64,000 nt of DNA, taken from Cyanobacteriota bacterium (lineage in GTDB: Bacteria; Cyanobacteriota; Cyanobacteriia; Cyanobacteriales; Nostocaceae). Shown here piece by piece: positions 30,449-41,900 of the stretch. Under the pieces are notes generated by a model, which was given only the letters and a program-made list of their open reading frames with translations, had not been told where the DNA came from and did no database searches. Position 1 is the stretch's first letter, and the number at the start of each line of letters is the position of its first letter. The DNA lies in the NCBI GenBank assembly GCA_046045965.1, contig JBJOKS010000005.1, positions 32,001-96,000 on the forward strand. Direction: 5' to 3'. The position numbers and the translations under genes are program-made.

Positions 30449-31552
30449 ATGAATGTCAACGCTGAAAATGTGAACTACGCACGGAAACCTAAAATTTTCA
30501 ATCAACCAGAGCGTTTTATTGAGGGTTGGTACTGGGTAATTCCCTCTAGAAAATTGCGAGTTGGTGAAGTCAAACCTGTGACAATTTTGGGAAAAGATTT
30601 AGCAATTTATCGTGGTGAAGATCAACGAGCAGTTATTTTTGATGCTTACTGTCCACACATGGGCTCTCATCTTGGGGAAGGCAAAGTTGAGGGTAATGAA
30701 TTACGCTGTTCTTTTCATCATTGGAAATATGATACAGAAGGGTTCTGTGTAGAGGTTCCTTGTTTGAATGAACCAATTAATGTTAAAGCTAAAACTTGGC
30801 CTACTGCTGAAAAATATGGTTTAGTTTGGGTTTGGACTGGAGAAACACCACAACAACCTTTACCTTTTATTCCTGAGTTAGAACTGGAAGAATGTGATAG
30901 TGCTTTTGGTTCCCGGTTTATTACTAACTGTCACCCAAATGTTGTCATGGTTCATGCTATTGATGGTCAACATTTTCATACGGTTCATAAGTTGTTATCA
31001 GAATTTAATTTTGCCAAACAGGAACTGAATGAAAATGCTATTACTTTCAGCAATACTACACAGGAAAATTCTGATTCTTTTTTAATTAAACTCATTCGTT
31101 CTTTCCACAAAAAACCTATAAATCACAGTCTTTGTTATTGGTATGGTACTACGGGGATGGTGACGGTTGGTACTGAATTTTTACATTTACATATTATGTT
31201 TACTTTGCGTTTAATTGACGGTGGTAAAACTGAAGGAATGACTATATTTATTACTAAAAAACGTCATGGTATTATTGGTCGTTTATATAATCGTTTGATC
31301 TTGTGGTTAAGTAAATTTGTTGCTCAATACTTGATCAATAATAATCGTAAAATTTTCCAGACTATTCAGTTTAATTTAAAATCTCCCATCGAAATTGATG
31401 AGCCAATTCTACAATTTATTAATCATTTGGAAAGACAGAAAGCTTTAAAATGGGGAAGTTGGAATTTAGATAGAGTACGTGATACTGAAGTGCGAGATCC
31501 AGAAAAACGGGAAAAACGCGAAAAATGGAGCGATGAGCTAGTTAATGATTGA
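30449..31552 (+). CDS. Rieske aromatic ring-hydroxylating oxygenase alpha-like protein
   Basis: CPHMGSHL...CSFHHW; DGQHFHTVH. Confidence 0.85.
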   Translation: MNVNAENVNYARKPKIFNQPERFIEGWYWVIPSRKLRVGEVKPVTILGKDLAIYRGEDQRAVIFDAYCPHMGSHLGEGKVEGNELRCSFHHWKYDTEGFCVEVPCLNEPINVKAKTWPTAEKYGLVWVWTGETPQQPLPFIPELELEECDSAFGSRFITNCHPNVVMVHAIDGQHFHTVHKLLSEFNFAKQELNENAITFSNTTQENSDSFLIKLIRSFHKKPINHSLCYWYGTTGMVTVGTEFLHLHIMFTLRLIDGGKTEGMTIFITKKRHGIIGRLYNRLILWLSKFVAQYLINNNRKIFQTIQFNLKSPIEIDEPILQFINHLERQKALKWGSWNLDRVRDTEVRDPEKREKREKWSDELVND

Positions 31553-31587
31553 AAATTCCCCATTTAGGCAATAAATAGCCAATAAAA

Positions 31588-31610
31588 ATGAAGTGGTCTG
31601 GCCACTTCAT
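31588..31610 (+). terminator. Hairpin ATGAAGTGG-TCTGG-CCACTTCAT
   Basis: Perfect 9-bp stem downstream of the Rieske gene. Confidence 0.45.
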
Positions 31611-32107
31611 CAATTCCCAGGTAGAACCTTAAGCAATGAGTATAACGACTAAATTATTTTAAAATCGTATAAAATGAGACAGAATTGAAAATTCTGCTAT
31701 ATGTCAAATCTTTTTCCTTCCCCTTGACAAAATGTTAAGGTGCGATGCTTGTGGCAGACTTAGCCATAGCATCAATCTTACCAGTAGGACGGCTATTGTC
31801 ATCCTGATTTATTAAGAATAATCGTAATAACCTACCCTACTATACAGGATTTACTCATCTAATAAGTAAATTTTTTACAGGCAATAGGCAAGAGGGAATA
31901 GGTAATAAGTAATAGGTAATAGGTAATAGGGAAGAAAGAAGATAAATGGGTAGCTATTTTGTACAAAAATCAAATAGAAGTCTTATATTAAATTAATAAC
32001 CCATCAAAATTTTTGTCAATCACATACAAATTCATGTAAATTTAATCATGTCAAGGCATTAAATTTTTTCTCGACTTAGAAACCTAGTTTAGTATAAAAT
32101 AAAAAAC

Positions 32108-33802
32108 ATGAAAGAATATGATGTTGTAATTATCGGCGCAGGACACAATGGTTTAGTGTGTGCTGCTTATTTGCTCAAAGCTGGCTATAGCGTCCTGCTA
32201 CTAGAAAAGCGTTCTGTTCCCGGTGGTGCGGCTACAACAGAAGAATGTATACCAGACAAAGCACCAGGGTTTAAATTTAATCTCTGTGCTATTGACCATG
32301 AATTTATTCATCTCGGTCCAGTCGTTCAGGAATTAGAACTGGAAAAATATGGCTTAGAATATCTACAATGTGATCCCGTTGTTTTCTGTCCCCATCCTGA
32401 TGGTAAGTATTTTTTAGCTCATAAATCATTAGAAAAAACCTGTGCAGAAATAGCGAGGTATAATGAAAGAGACGCTAAAAAATACGCCGAGTTTACCCAA
32501 TATTGGCAACGGGCAATTAACGCCATGATGCCCATGTTTAACGCTCCACCTAAATCAATTATAGACATTTTTGGTAACTACAACCTGCAAAAATTCAAAG
32601 ATTTATTTTCTGTCATTGGATCTACCCAAAAAAGTTTAGATTTTGTGCGAACAATGCTCACCAGTGCCGAAGATATTTTAAATGAATGGTTTGATGAAGA
32701 ATTTCTCAAAGCACCTCTTTCTAGACTAGCATCAGAACTAGGAGCGCCTCCATCACAAAAAAACCTGGCCATAGGTGTCATGATGATGTCCATGCGTCAT
32801 CATCCGGGAATGACTAGACCCCGTGGAGGAACAGGTGCATTAGTCAAAGCATTAGTGAATTTAGTCACAGCAAAAGGTGGCGAAATTCTCACAGATCAGC
32901 AAGTAGAAAAAGTCTTAATTGATGATGGTCAAGCCGTAGGTGTGCGGGTTGCTTCTGGTGAAGAATATCGGGCAAAATGTGGAGTAATTTCTAATATTGA
33001 TGCCAAAAGATTATTTTTACAATTAATGGATGCTCAAGAAGTTGATCATGCTGATCCAGAATTACGAGAAAGATTAGAACGGCGCATAGTTAATAATAAT
33101 GAAACTATCTTAAAGATAGATTTAGCATTAGATGAACCCTTGCGTTTTCCTTACCATGAACATAAAGACGAATATCTCATTGGTTCAATTTTAATTGCAG
33201 ATTCCATGAATCATGTAGAACAGGCGCATAGTAAATGTACAATCGGAGAAATACCTGATAGTGATCCCTCAATGTATGTGGTAGTTCCTAGTTTTCTTGA
33301 TCCGACTTTAGCACCACCAGGAAAACATACAGTTTGGATTGAATTTTTTGCCCCTTATCAAATTGCTGGTGCGGAAGGTACAGGTTTAAAAGGTACAGGT
33401 TGGACTGATGAATTGAAAAATCAAGTTGCAGATAAAGTAGTTGATAAACTAGCAACTTACTCCCCCAATGTGAAAACCGCAACCATCGCTAGAAGGGTAG
33501 AAAGTCCAGCTGAATTAGGAGAAAGATTAGGGGCTTATAAAGGCAATTATTACCATATTGATATGACATTAGATCAAATGGTATTTTTCAGACCTTTACC
33601 AGAATTAGCAAATTATAAAACCCCCATTGATAATCTATTTTTAACAGGTGCGGGAACTCATCCCGGTGGATCAATTTCAGGAATGCCAGGACGTAATTGT
33701 GCGAGAGTATTTTTGCAGTCCAAACACCCAATTACTCAGACATTAAAGGATGCTGGAAATTCAATTAAGTCTACTGTGGGATCTGTATTTGGCATTAGTT
33801 AA
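32108..33802 (+). CDS. crtO: Beta-carotene ketolase (CrtO, phytoene-dehydrogenase-like)
   Basis: GAGHNGLVCAAYL; FNLCAIDHEFIHLGPV; GTHPGGSISGMPGRNCA. Confidence 0.9.
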   Translation: MKEYDVVIIGAGHNGLVCAAYLLKAGYSVLLLEKRSVPGGAATTEECIPDKAPGFKFNLCAIDHEFIHLGPVVQELELEKYGLEYLQCDPVVFCPHPDGKYFLAHKSLEKTCAEIARYNERDAKKYAEFTQYWQRAINAMMPMFNAPPKSIIDIFGNYNLQKFKDLFSVIGSTQKSLDFVRTMLTSAEDILNEWFDEEFLKAPLSRLASELGAPPSQKNLAIGVMMMSMRHHPGMTRPRGGTGALVKALVNLVTAKGGEILTDQQVEKVLIDDGQAVGVRVASGEEYRAKCGVISNIDAKRLFLQLMDAQEVDHADPELRERLERRIVNNNETILKIDLALDEPLRFPYHEHKDEYLIGSILIADSMNHVEQAHSKCTIGEIPDSDPSMYVVVPSFLDPTLAPPGKHTVWIEFFAPYQIAGAEGTGLKGTGWTDELKNQVADKVVDKLATYSPNVKTATIARRVESPAELGERLGAYKGNYYHIDMTLDQMVFFRPLPELANYKTPIDNLFLTGAGTHPGGSISGMPGRNCARVFLQSKHPITQTLKDAGNSIKSTVGSVFGIS

Positions 33803-33842
33803 GTAGATGGGATAAAAAAATACACTAACTAAATAATAACCT

Positions 33843-33880
33843 GATCCCCGACCTCTTTGATCTTTGAGAAGTCGGGGATC
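33843..33880. repeat. Inverted-repeat element GATCCCCGAC...GTCGGGGATC (REP-like or terminator)
   Basis: 10-bp perfect arms after the crtO stop. Confidence 0.6.
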
Positions 33881-34030
33881 TAGATTTTGGGTGTTTATCA
33901 TTGCTCAACTCCTACTGACTTCTGACTCCTAAATTGTGCTGTAAGTATTTAATCAGACATGGTATGATTAAGATTGTGATTATCAAGAGTGAATGTATAT
34001 TCACCAAAAAAATACATTTAGGAAAAAAGT

Positions 34031-34936
34031 ATGGAAAACGAAAAGCAGCAATGGTTTCAACTTGCGTTCCAGATTAAAGGATCTGTAATTACCTCAATTT
34101 ATAAAAGAGTTATCGGGTGTGGAATATTTGGAATATTAATTTCCGTTCTTTACTATTTTAAAGTACCAGTTTCTCAACCAATTTTAGGGAGTGTTATTCC
34201 CAGCATTGTGTTAGGTTTATTATTAGTTTTTAGAACCAATACAGCTTATGAAAGATTTTGGGAAGGAAGAAAAATTTGGGGTTCAATAGTTAATACAGTC
34301 CGCAATATTGCCCGACAAATTTGGGTATCTGTGGATGAAATTGCTATTGAAGATAAAAAGAAGAAAATTGAAGCATTGAAATTATTAATAGCTTTTGCCG
34401 TAGCTACTAAACTGCATTTAAGAAACGAACCTGTCAATAAAGAGTTAGAAGAATTAATGCCAGCATCTTATTATATTAACCTCAAAACAATGAATAATCC
34501 ACCCCTTGAGGTAGCTTTTTGGATTAGTGATTATTTACAAAAGCAATACAATCGTAATTGCATCAATAGCTATCAGTTATCGGCAATGCAGCAATTAGTC
34601 AATATTTTAGTAGATAATTTAGGAGCTTGTGAAAGAATTTTGAAAACGCCCATTCCTTTAGCTTATGCTATTCATCTCAAACAATTGTTATTACTGTATT
34701 GTTTATTATTACCATTTCAATTGGTTGCAAGTCTGGGTTGGTGGACAGGGTTTATTTCTGCTTTAGTTAGCTTTACTTTATTGGGTATTGAAGCCATTGG
34801 GTTAGAAATTGAAAATCCCTTTGGTTATGATCCTAACGATTTACCATTAGATAAAATTTGTGACACCATGAAACGGAATCTTGATGATTTAATTAGTTTG
34901 ACTCCTAGTGTGCATTCAAGGCAAGAAGATGTATGA
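34031..34936 (+). CDS. Bestrophin-family ion channel (YneE-like)
   Basis: LLVFRTNTAYERFWEGR; EIENPFGYDPNDLP. Confidence 0.92.
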   Translation: MENEKQQWFQLAFQIKGSVITSIYKRVIGCGIFGILISVLYYFKVPVSQPILGSVIPSIVLGLLLVFRTNTAYERFWEGRKIWGSIVNTVRNIARQIWVSVDEIAIEDKKKKIEALKLLIAFAVATKLHLRNEPVNKELEELMPASYYINLKTMNNPPLEVAFWISDYLQKQYNRNCINSYQLSAMQQLVNILVDNLGACERILKTPIPLAYAIHLKQLLLLYCLLLPFQLVASLGWWTGFISALVSFTLLGIEAIGLEIENPFGYDPNDLPLDKICDTMKRNLDDLISLTPSVHSRQEDV

Positions 34937-34977
34937 GGGTAATATTATGAGACAGGATATTTTCAATCAACAGCAAT

Positions 34978-36774
34978 TTACCTGACTAAAGTGTAAGCGA
35001 TCGCTCGATCTCTTCCTTTATTCTTCGCTGCATAAAGCGCCTCATCTGCTTTAGCAATTAAATCCTCTAGGCTAATTTCTGCCATCGGAATTAAACTAGC
35101 TACACCTAAACTCAATGTCACATAATTACTTACCTCTGATTTAAAATGAGGAATAGCCAAGGAAGCGATCGCTGTTCGCATTGACTCTGCAACTATTAAG
35201 GCTCCTTCAGTATTAGTATTAGGCAAAATCACCGCAAATTCTTCACCACCATAACGCGCAACCAAATCTGTAGGACGTTGGGGAACTTTCGCAAGAGTTT
35301 GAGCTACTTTTTCTAAACATTCATCTCCTCCTTGATGTCCATAATAATCATTATAACCTTTAAAATAATCAATATCTGCAAGAATTAAAGCCAGAGGTTT
35401 TTGTTCACGCAGATGTCTTTGCCATTCTGTTGCTAAATAGTCATCAAAGCGACGACGATTAGCAATTTGCGTTAAAGAATCTAAATTATTTAGTCTTTCT
35501 AAACTAGAATTTGCTTTTTCTAATTCTTGATTAATATAAATCAATTTTTGCGCTTGTATTTTAGAATTCTCTAAAAGTTCTGAATGTTCTAAAGCTACAC
35601 TAAATTGAGCCGCCAATTGTTTAACAAATTGCACTTCCTCTGTTTGCCAGATGCGTGGAGAACTACATTGATGCACACACAAAAGCCCCCATAGTTTATT
35701 TCCTTTGAGCAGTGGAACTAAAATTTGAGCTTTAATTTCAAATTGCTGGAGTATTTGCAAATGACATTCTTGGAGATTCGCGTCATCAACATTGTTAATC
35801 ACTTGAGAGCTTCCTTGTTGATAAAGTACAGCATAACTCTCGCCAAAACAACTATCTTTAACTTTGACATCTATGGCTGAATCATAAATAGGTAAAACAC
35901 TTTCAGCCATAAATTCACCACAACAAAAGTTAGATTCTGGATCAAATTTAAAAATACCCACCCTATCGACTTGTAGAGCTTTCCTGATTTCTCTAACTGT
36001 AGTGTTAAATAAAACATTCATATCTAGGGATTCTCTGATTTCTGCCACTAAATCAAATAAAATCTGTTGTCTTTGACTTGCTTGATTTAATTCATTAACT
36101 TTTCTTTCCATTGCTGTTAAAAATTCTGCCTGTTGCAAAGCAAACCCTAATTGTGATGCAACTTGAGTTAAAAAGTGAATGTCTGATTTTTGCCAATTAT
36201 ACGGTTGAGAATGTTGATATGCTGATAATATACCCCATAATTTTTGTCCAATGAAAATTGGTGCAGTAGCATAGGCTCTAATGTAAAACTGCTCTAAAAT
36301 TTCTATATGACATTGTGATAAATTGGCTGTATAAATATCAGAAACATACAAAGTTTCATTTTGGCGATATCTTCCCCCTTGATGTTGTTGCAGATAAGAA
36401 TCATTCCAGATAGTATTCTTACCTATATTTTCAATATGATCAACATCTGGTTCAACAAACTCAAAATCGCTGACAAATTCTCCACCCCAATCTTCATTAA
36501 AACGATAAACCGCTATTCTCTCAACACGCAGTAATTTACAAGTTTCTTTGGTAGTAGTTCTAAAAATAGTATCTACATTTAAAGAGGCGCGTATTTTGCT
36601 GATCACTCGATATAGTGCTTTTTCTTTTTCTTCTTTTTGCTGTAATTCTAGATTTTTGTGATTAATTTGTGATTGTAATTCACTAATAGTAGGTAAATTT
36701 AGCAAAGTACAAATTAAATCAATAAATTTTTTAGAGATGACCTTTACAGGCGATCTGGAATTGTGAGGACACAT
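34978..36774 (-). CDS. Diguanylate cyclase with two cyanobacteriochrome GAF domains
   Basis: GAF1 WNDSYLQ...SQCH; GAF2 DSCF...QECH; RPTD I-site and GGEEF. Confidence 0.9.
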   Translation of the reverse strand: MCPHNSRSPVKVISKKFIDLICTLLNLPTISELQSQINHKNLELQQKEEKEKALYRVISKIRASLNVDTIFRTTTKETCKLLRVERIAVYRFNEDWGGEFVSDFEFVEPDVDHIENIGKNTIWNDSYLQQHQGGRYRQNETLYVSDIYTANLSQCHIEILEQFYIRAYATAPIFIGQKLWGILSAYQHSQPYNWQKSDIHFLTQVASQLGFALQQAEFLTAMERKVNELNQASQRQQILFDLVAEIRESLDMNVLFNTTVREIRKALQVDRVGIFKFDPESNFCCGEFMAESVLPIYDSAIDVKVKDSCFGESYAVLYQQGSSQVINNVDDANLQECHLQILQQFEIKAQILVPLLKGNKLWGLLCVHQCSSPRIWQTEEVQFVKQLAAQFSVALEHSELLENSKIQAQKLIYINQELEKANSSLERLNNLDSLTQIANRRRFDDYLATEWQRHLREQKPLALILADIDYFKGYNDYYGHQGGDECLEKVAQTLAKVPQRPTDLVARYGGEEFAVILPNTNTEGALIVAESMRTAIASLAIPHFKSEVSNYVTLSLGVASLIPMAEISLEDLIAKADEALYAAKNKGRDRAIAYTLVR

Positions 36775-36942
36775 AAAATGTAGTATGATATTATGATCAT
36801 GTCTAAACTTGTTAGTTTAATAAACATTGATTATATCGTATATTTTCGTATTTTTAATACGAATTCGAGATAAAGTATTAATAATAAGATTAGCGAATTC
36901 ACTAACAATTAGGATATTTTTCGTTTAAACTTTTATTCAACT

Positions 36943-37791
36943 TTACAAAAGCCTAATACCGCTTTCTAAACCCTCACAAACACCAGTCAGAAAATCTAAA
37001 TCCAAACTAGCAATAGTATCACTCGGTTTGTGATAATTAGGATTTCTTAAAAATGCCGTATCTGTCACCATAATTGCTGGATAACCTTGATCCCAAAAAG
37101 GTGCATGATCACTTAGTCGAGTTTGGGGAACCAGTAAACCCCGATTAGGTGCTGGTAGCCATTGACTAGGTACACCGACTTTACTAATACTGCGACTGAG
37201 ACTAATTAAATCTCCTAAAGTCCGTAAATTACCAATTAAACCAATAAAATCGCCGGTATTGGGGTAAAACTTATCTAAAAAAGCTGGATATCTTTGCGAA
37301 CCAGGACTAGAATCACGATATCCCAACATCTCCAAAGAAATCATTAAACGTAGACGTTGCTTTTGTTGGTGTAGCAAAGCTGCATAATCAGCACTACCCA
37401 ACAAACCATATTCTTCCATATCAAAAGCAACCAAGCGCAAAGGATATCTAGCAGGTGCTTGGGCGAAATTTCTGGCAAATTCTAATAAAACTGCCACACC
37501 CGTAGCATTATCATCAGCGGCCACAGTACCAGGTACACCATCATAGTGAGCGCCAATTAAAATAGGTGGTAAATTAGATTTTTGTCTTTTTGGTTGGGAG
37601 GGTAAATTTAAAATCAGGTTATTACAACTTTTACTCCCCACTTTAAAGGTGTGGATTTCCACACTTCCCCATTGTCCTAATTGGTGGCGGATGTATTCTT
37701 GAACAAAGAAATGTCCCGCACTGGCCATATAGGGATCGCGTTCCCGTGCGATTTCTTGCAGATGATTTTGTAATCTTTGTTTTAAAGTCAA
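36943..37791 (-). CDS. M28 family peptidase
   Basis: GAHYD, ADDNATG, FDMEE, SDHAPFW, YH; true start probably TTG 37791 because the upstream ORF residues are translated STRR. Confidence 0.85.
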   Translation of the reverse strand: MTLKQRLQNHLQEIARERDPYMASAGHFFVQEYIRHQLGQWGSVEIHTFKVGSKSCNNLILNLPSQPKRQKSNLPPILIGAHYDGVPGTVAADDNATGVAVLLEFARNFAQAPARYPLRLVAFDMEEYGLLGSADYAALLHQQKQRLRLMISLEMLGYRDSSPGSQRYPAFLDKFYPNTGDFIGLIGNLRTLGDLISLSRSISKVGVPSQWLPAPNRGLLVPQTRLSDHAPFWDQGYPAIMVTDTAFLRNPNYHKPSDTIASLDLDFLTGVCEGLESGIRLL

Positions 37792-37793
37792 GA

Positions 37794-37925
37794 TGGTGAT
37801 TGGTGATTGGTGATTGGTGATTGGTGATTGGTGATTGGTGACTGGTGACTGGTGACTGGGAAAATACAAATTATTTCCCCCTGCTCCCTGCTCCCTGCTC
37901 CCCTGCTCCCCTGCCTCTCTCCCTG
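37794..37925. repeat. STRR arrays (TGGTGAT/TGGTGAC)n and (CCCTGCT)n
   Basis: Visible tandem heptamers. Confidence 0.9.
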
Positions 37926-38113
37926 TTCCCTCTCTACAAATGCTATCCTAGTTTGGCAAGTAGCACCTTAAGCTAAAATTTCTCTAATTATGGAATTAAT
38001 GATGATAATTATACCATTGGGCGGTTTTCATCATTGAGCAGCAAGCTAGAGACAATGCTACCCAATAATAATATATAGATGTAGTAAGACACGCAGCAGG
38101 AGAAGAGGAACGC

Positions 38114-40192
38114 ATGGGCAAGGTAGTCGGCATCGACTTGGGTACAACCAACTCAGTAGTCGCCGTGATGGAGGGTGGCAAGCCGGTGGTGATTGCCAAT
38201 GCAGAAGGTATGCGAACCACCCCCTCTGTTGTCGGCTTCAGCAAAGAAGGGGAAAGGGTGGTTGGGCAGATGGCCAGACGGCAAACGGTTCTGAATCCCC
38301 AAAATACCTTTTTTGCAGTTAAACGCTTCATTGGGCGCAGGTACGCTGAACTTAACCCCGATTCCAAGCGTGTACCCTACACTATTCGTAAAGATGAAAT
38401 GGGCAATATTAAAGTTGCCTGTCCTCGGTTAAATAAAGAATTTGCCCCGGAAGAAATTTCAGCAATGGTGCTGAAGAAATTAGCGGCTGATGCGAGTCGT
38501 TATTTGGGTGAACCTGTCACCGGGGCTGTAATTACTGTTCCGGCTTATTTTAATGATTCTCAACGTCAAGCCACCCGCGATGCTGGCAGAATTGCTGGTT
38601 TAGAAGTGCTACGCATTCTCAATGAACCCACAGCCGCTTCCCTCGCTTACGGATTGGATCGAGGTGATTTAGAAACAATCCTCGTTTTTGACTTGGGTGG
38701 TGGTACTTTTGATGTTTCGATTTTGGAAGTAGGTGACGGCATCTTTGAAGTTAAAGCCACTAGTGGAGATACCCAGCTAGGTGGTAATGATTTTGACAGA
38801 AAAATAGTTGATTGGTTAGCGGAACAATTTTTAGAGACAGAAGGGGTAGATTTAAGACGCGATCGCCAAGCTTTGCAGCGTTTAATGGAAGCCGCAGAAA
38901 AAGCCAAAATCGAACTTTCTGCCGTCAGCGTCACTGATATTAACTTACCCTTCATCACCGCTACAGAGGATGGTCCAAAACATTTAGAAACTCGCCTCAC
39001 CCGTTCCCAGTTTGAAGGCTTGTGTACTGATTTAATTAGCAGAATACGCACACCAGTAAAACGGGCGCTCAAAGATGCCGGACTCTCCCCTGTAGATATT
39101 GAAGAAGTTGTATTAGTAGGTGGTTCCACTAGAATGCCAATGGTGAAACAGCTAGTACAGGATTTAATTGGCATCGAAGCCAGCGAAAACGTCAACCCTG
39201 ATGAAGTGGTGGCCGTGGGTGCAGCAATTCAAGCGGGCATTCTGGCGGGGGAAATGAAAGATGTACTACTCTTAGATGTCACACCTTTATCCTTGGGATT
39301 AGAAACCATTGGTGGCGTGATGAAAAAACTAATTCCCCGGAACACAACAATACCCGTAAGGCGATCTGATATTTTTTCTACCTCGGAAAATAACCAAAAC
39401 AGTGTAGAAATTCACGTTGTCCAAGGGGAAAGGGAAATGGCAGCTGATAACAAATCCTTGGGACGGTTTAAGCTGTATGGTATCCCCCCAGCCCCTAGAG
39501 GTATACCCCAAGTTCAAGTATCTTTTGATATAGATGCCAACGGGATTTTACAGGTAACGGCTTTAGATCGCACCACTGGCAGAGAGCAGAGTATCACAAT
39601 TCAAGGCGCTTCTACCTTGAGTGAATCAGAAATTAATCGCATGATTCAGGATGCTCAGAAATATGCTGATATTGACCGGGAACGGAAAGAAAGAGTAGAA
39701 AAACGGACTCGTTCAGAGGCTTTGATTTTACAAGCAGAACGGCAACTGCGGGAAGTAGCCTTAGAAATGGGTATGCAGTTTGCCCGTAACCGTCGTCAGC
39801 GCATTGACAATATTTGCCGCGAATTGCGAGAGAGTTTAAAAGATGATGATGATCGGGGCATTGATCAGGCTTACTCTGACTTGCAAGATGCTCTCTATGA
39901 GCTAAATCGAGAAGTCCGTGAGTATTATGCTGAAGATGAAGACGAAGACTTATTTGGTGCTATCCGTGACATCTTCACTGGTGATAAAGAAAAGGAACGA
40001 GATTATTCTCCCAGAGAAACTTATCGGGAACGCGATTCTTATAACAGAGACTACAGCCGGGACTCTGGTAGAGACTATGGTAGAGACTATGGTAGAGAAA
40101 ATCGTTCTTCACCCTCCTATGATAGTCCTCCACCACGTCGCAGCCGTCCCAGCTACCAGGATAACTGGGATGATGACGATGATTGGCTCTAA
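38114..40192 (+). CDS. dnaK: Chaperone DnaK (DnaK3-type with acidic WDDDDDWL tail)
   Basis: [18 protein letters not shown]-terminal WDDDDDWL; followed by dnaJ. Confidence 0.97.
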   Translation: MGKVVGIDLGTTNSVVAVMEGGKPVVIANAEGMRTTPSVVGFSKEGERVVGQMARRQTVLNPQNTFFAVKRFIGRRYAELNPDSKRVPYTIRKDEMGNIKVACPRLNKEFAPEEISAMVLKKLAADASRYLGEPVTGAVITVPAYFNDSQRQATRDAGRIAGLEVLRILNEPTAASLAYGLDRGDLETILVFDLGGGTFDVSILEVGDGIFEVKATSGDTQLGGNDFDRKIVDWLAEQFLETEGVDLRRDRQALQRLMEAAEKAKIELSAVSVTDINLPFITATEDGPKHLETRLTRSQFEGLCTDLISRIRTPVKRALKDAGLSPVDIEEVVLVGGSTRMPMVKQLVQDLIGIEASENVNPDEVVAVGAAIQAGILAGEMKDVLLLDVTPLSLGLETIGGVMKKLIPRNTTIPVRRSDIFSTSENNQNSVEIHVVQGEREMAADNKSLGRFKLYGIPPAPRGIPQVQVSFDIDANGILQVTALDRTTGREQSITIQGASTLSESEINRMIQDAQKYADIDRERKERVEKRTRSEALILQAERQLREVALEMGMQFARNRRQRIDNICRELRESLKDDDDRGIDQAYSDLQDALYELNREVREYYAEDEDEDLFGAIRDIFTGDKEKERDYSPRETYRERDSYNRDYSRDSGRDYGRDYGRENRSSPSYDSPPPRRSRPSYQDNWDDDDDWL

Positions 40193-40212
40193 GGTAATTT
40201 TAGATTTGAGAT

Positions 40213-40348
<136 letters not shown>

Positions 40349-40375
40349 ATTCCCACTGATAACTGATAACTGATT

Positions 40376-41374
40376 ATGCAAAATTTGCAAAATTTCCGCG
40401 ATTATTACGAGATTTTGGGAGTAACGAAAGAAGCCTCTAGCGAAGAAATTAAAAAAGTTTATCGCAGGTTAGCAAGGCAATACCACCCTGATCTTAATCC
40501 AGGTAACAAAGAAGCAGAAGAAAAATTTAAGACTATCGGTGAGGCTTATGAAATTCTTTCCGATCCGAGTCGGCGATCGCAATACGACCAGTTTAGCCGC
40601 TACTGGAAGCAAAAAGGTTTTGCCGGTGGTGGTAAACAGTCACCTAAACCAAAGGGTTGGGGAGATAATCGCACCAACACCCGTACTAGTCAAGAAGTAG
40701 ATCCGAGCGAGTTTCCTGATTTTGAAAGTTTTATTAATACAGTCATCGGTGTCAGCAGTCGCAAAGATACCAGAACTACCCCAGGAAATACAGCCACTAG
40801 CGACCCGTTTCGCACTCCTAGAACTAAAGTTGCTTATACAGTTAACACCCCACCCCGTACTAATCGCAGGGATATAGAAGCGAGGTTAACTTTACCTTTA
40901 GAAAAAGCTTATCAAGGTGGTAATGAAAGAATACGTTTAGAAGATGGGCGATCGCTCGAAGTAACTATGCCCCCAGCTATGGTGACAGGTCAAACCATCC
41001 GCTTGCGAAATCAAGGCATTGGTGGTGGAGATTTATACTTAAAAATTACCGTTGACCCTCATCCGTTATTTAAATTAGAAGGTGCTAATATTTTCTGTCA
41101 AATTCCTGTAACTCCTAGTGAAGCGGTTTTAGGAGGACAAGTAGAAGCACCTACTTTAGATGGTCCTGTAAAAATGACCATTCCTCCCGCAGTTAGATCC
41201 GGTCAAAGGTTTAGATTAGCTAATAAAGGTTATCCTGGTGAAAACGGGAAACGTGGTGATCAATTAGTGGAAATTCAGATAGTTACACCGAAAAATATTA
41301 CAGATGAAGAAAGACAGCTTTATGAAAAATTGCGGGAAGTTGAAAGTTTTAAACCAAGGGCTGATTTAATTTAA
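40376..41374 (+). CDS. dnaJ: DnaJ class II (CbpA-like) co-chaperone
   Basis: J domain with HPD, C-terminal DnaJ_C, no Zn finger. Confidence 0.9.
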   Translation: MQNLQNFRDYYEILGVTKEASSEEIKKVYRRLARQYHPDLNPGNKEAEEKFKTIGEAYEILSDPSRRSQYDQFSRYWKQKGFAGGGKQSPKPKGWGDNRTNTRTSQEVDPSEFPDFESFINTVIGVSSRKDTRTTPGNTATSDPFRTPRTKVAYTVNTPPRTNRRDIEARLTLPLEKAYQGGNERIRLEDGRSLEVTMPPAMVTGQTIRLRNQGIGGGDLYLKITVDPHPLFKLEGANIFCQIPVTPSEAVLGGQVEAPTLDGPVKMTIPPAVRSGQRFRLANKGYPGENGKRGDQLVEIQIVTPKNITDEERQLYEKLREVESFKPRADLI

Positions 41375-41380
41375 TTAATA

Positions 41381-41421
41381 GTCAGAATCAGGATGTCCAG
41401 GATTTTCAGGATTAACAGGAT
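41381..41421 (+). repeat. Dispersed ~45-bp repeat, copy 3
   Basis: GTCAGAATCAGGATGTCCAGGATTTTCAGGATTAACAGGAT. Confidence 0.8.
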
Positions 41422-41461
41422 GATAGAGATTTGTGCGTAAATTAACCACATCTTGATTAAA

Positions 41462-41700
41462 TTATTCTTCTACGTTAAAGTCAACTTTATCGTAGATATC
41501 ACCTAACGAAATTTGACAGATAATAGATTTATTATCACCAATTTTGCAGTATTGCTCAACGTGCATTGAGTCTTGGTAAATTAAAATATATTCTTGAAAA
41601 GTGGTAATAGTGCGATAAGCAGCAAATTTTTCGTCTTGATCATAACTTTTGCTTGAATTTGATAATACCTCAGTAATCATTACTGGATTAGTAATAGGCT
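41462..41700 (-). pseudogene. Uma2-family endonuclease remnant (C-terminal part, internally shortened)
   Basis: NPVMITEVLSNSSKSYDQDEKFAAYR...QEYILI...ISLGDIYDKVDF; N-terminal half missing. Confidence 0.75.
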
Positions 41701-41900
41701 GAAGGCTGATAACTGAACTGCTAAGTCGGCGGAGCGTCGGCTGAATGCTTACGTAATGGCTTTCCGTCCGATTCATAAAAATTTATACAAACTTTTGAGA
41801 AAAAGCAAATTAAAACATGGCTGTTGTGGTAAATTACATCTAAATTATCTCAACTAATTACTACATCTAAATACCAATCTTCAATACTCTATTTTTTCCT

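Noticed and set aside
37792..37869. N-terminal HQSPITN repeats on the M28 peptidase
   Set aside because: Translated heptamer array upstream of the likely TTG start
38647..39195. Long antisense ORFs over dnaK (also over clpC, thrC and lysA)
   Set aside because: Common antisense shadows of conserved genes; no independent motifs
39960..40192. RDY-repeat, acidic DnaK tail
   Set aside because: Typical DnaK3-type C-terminal extension
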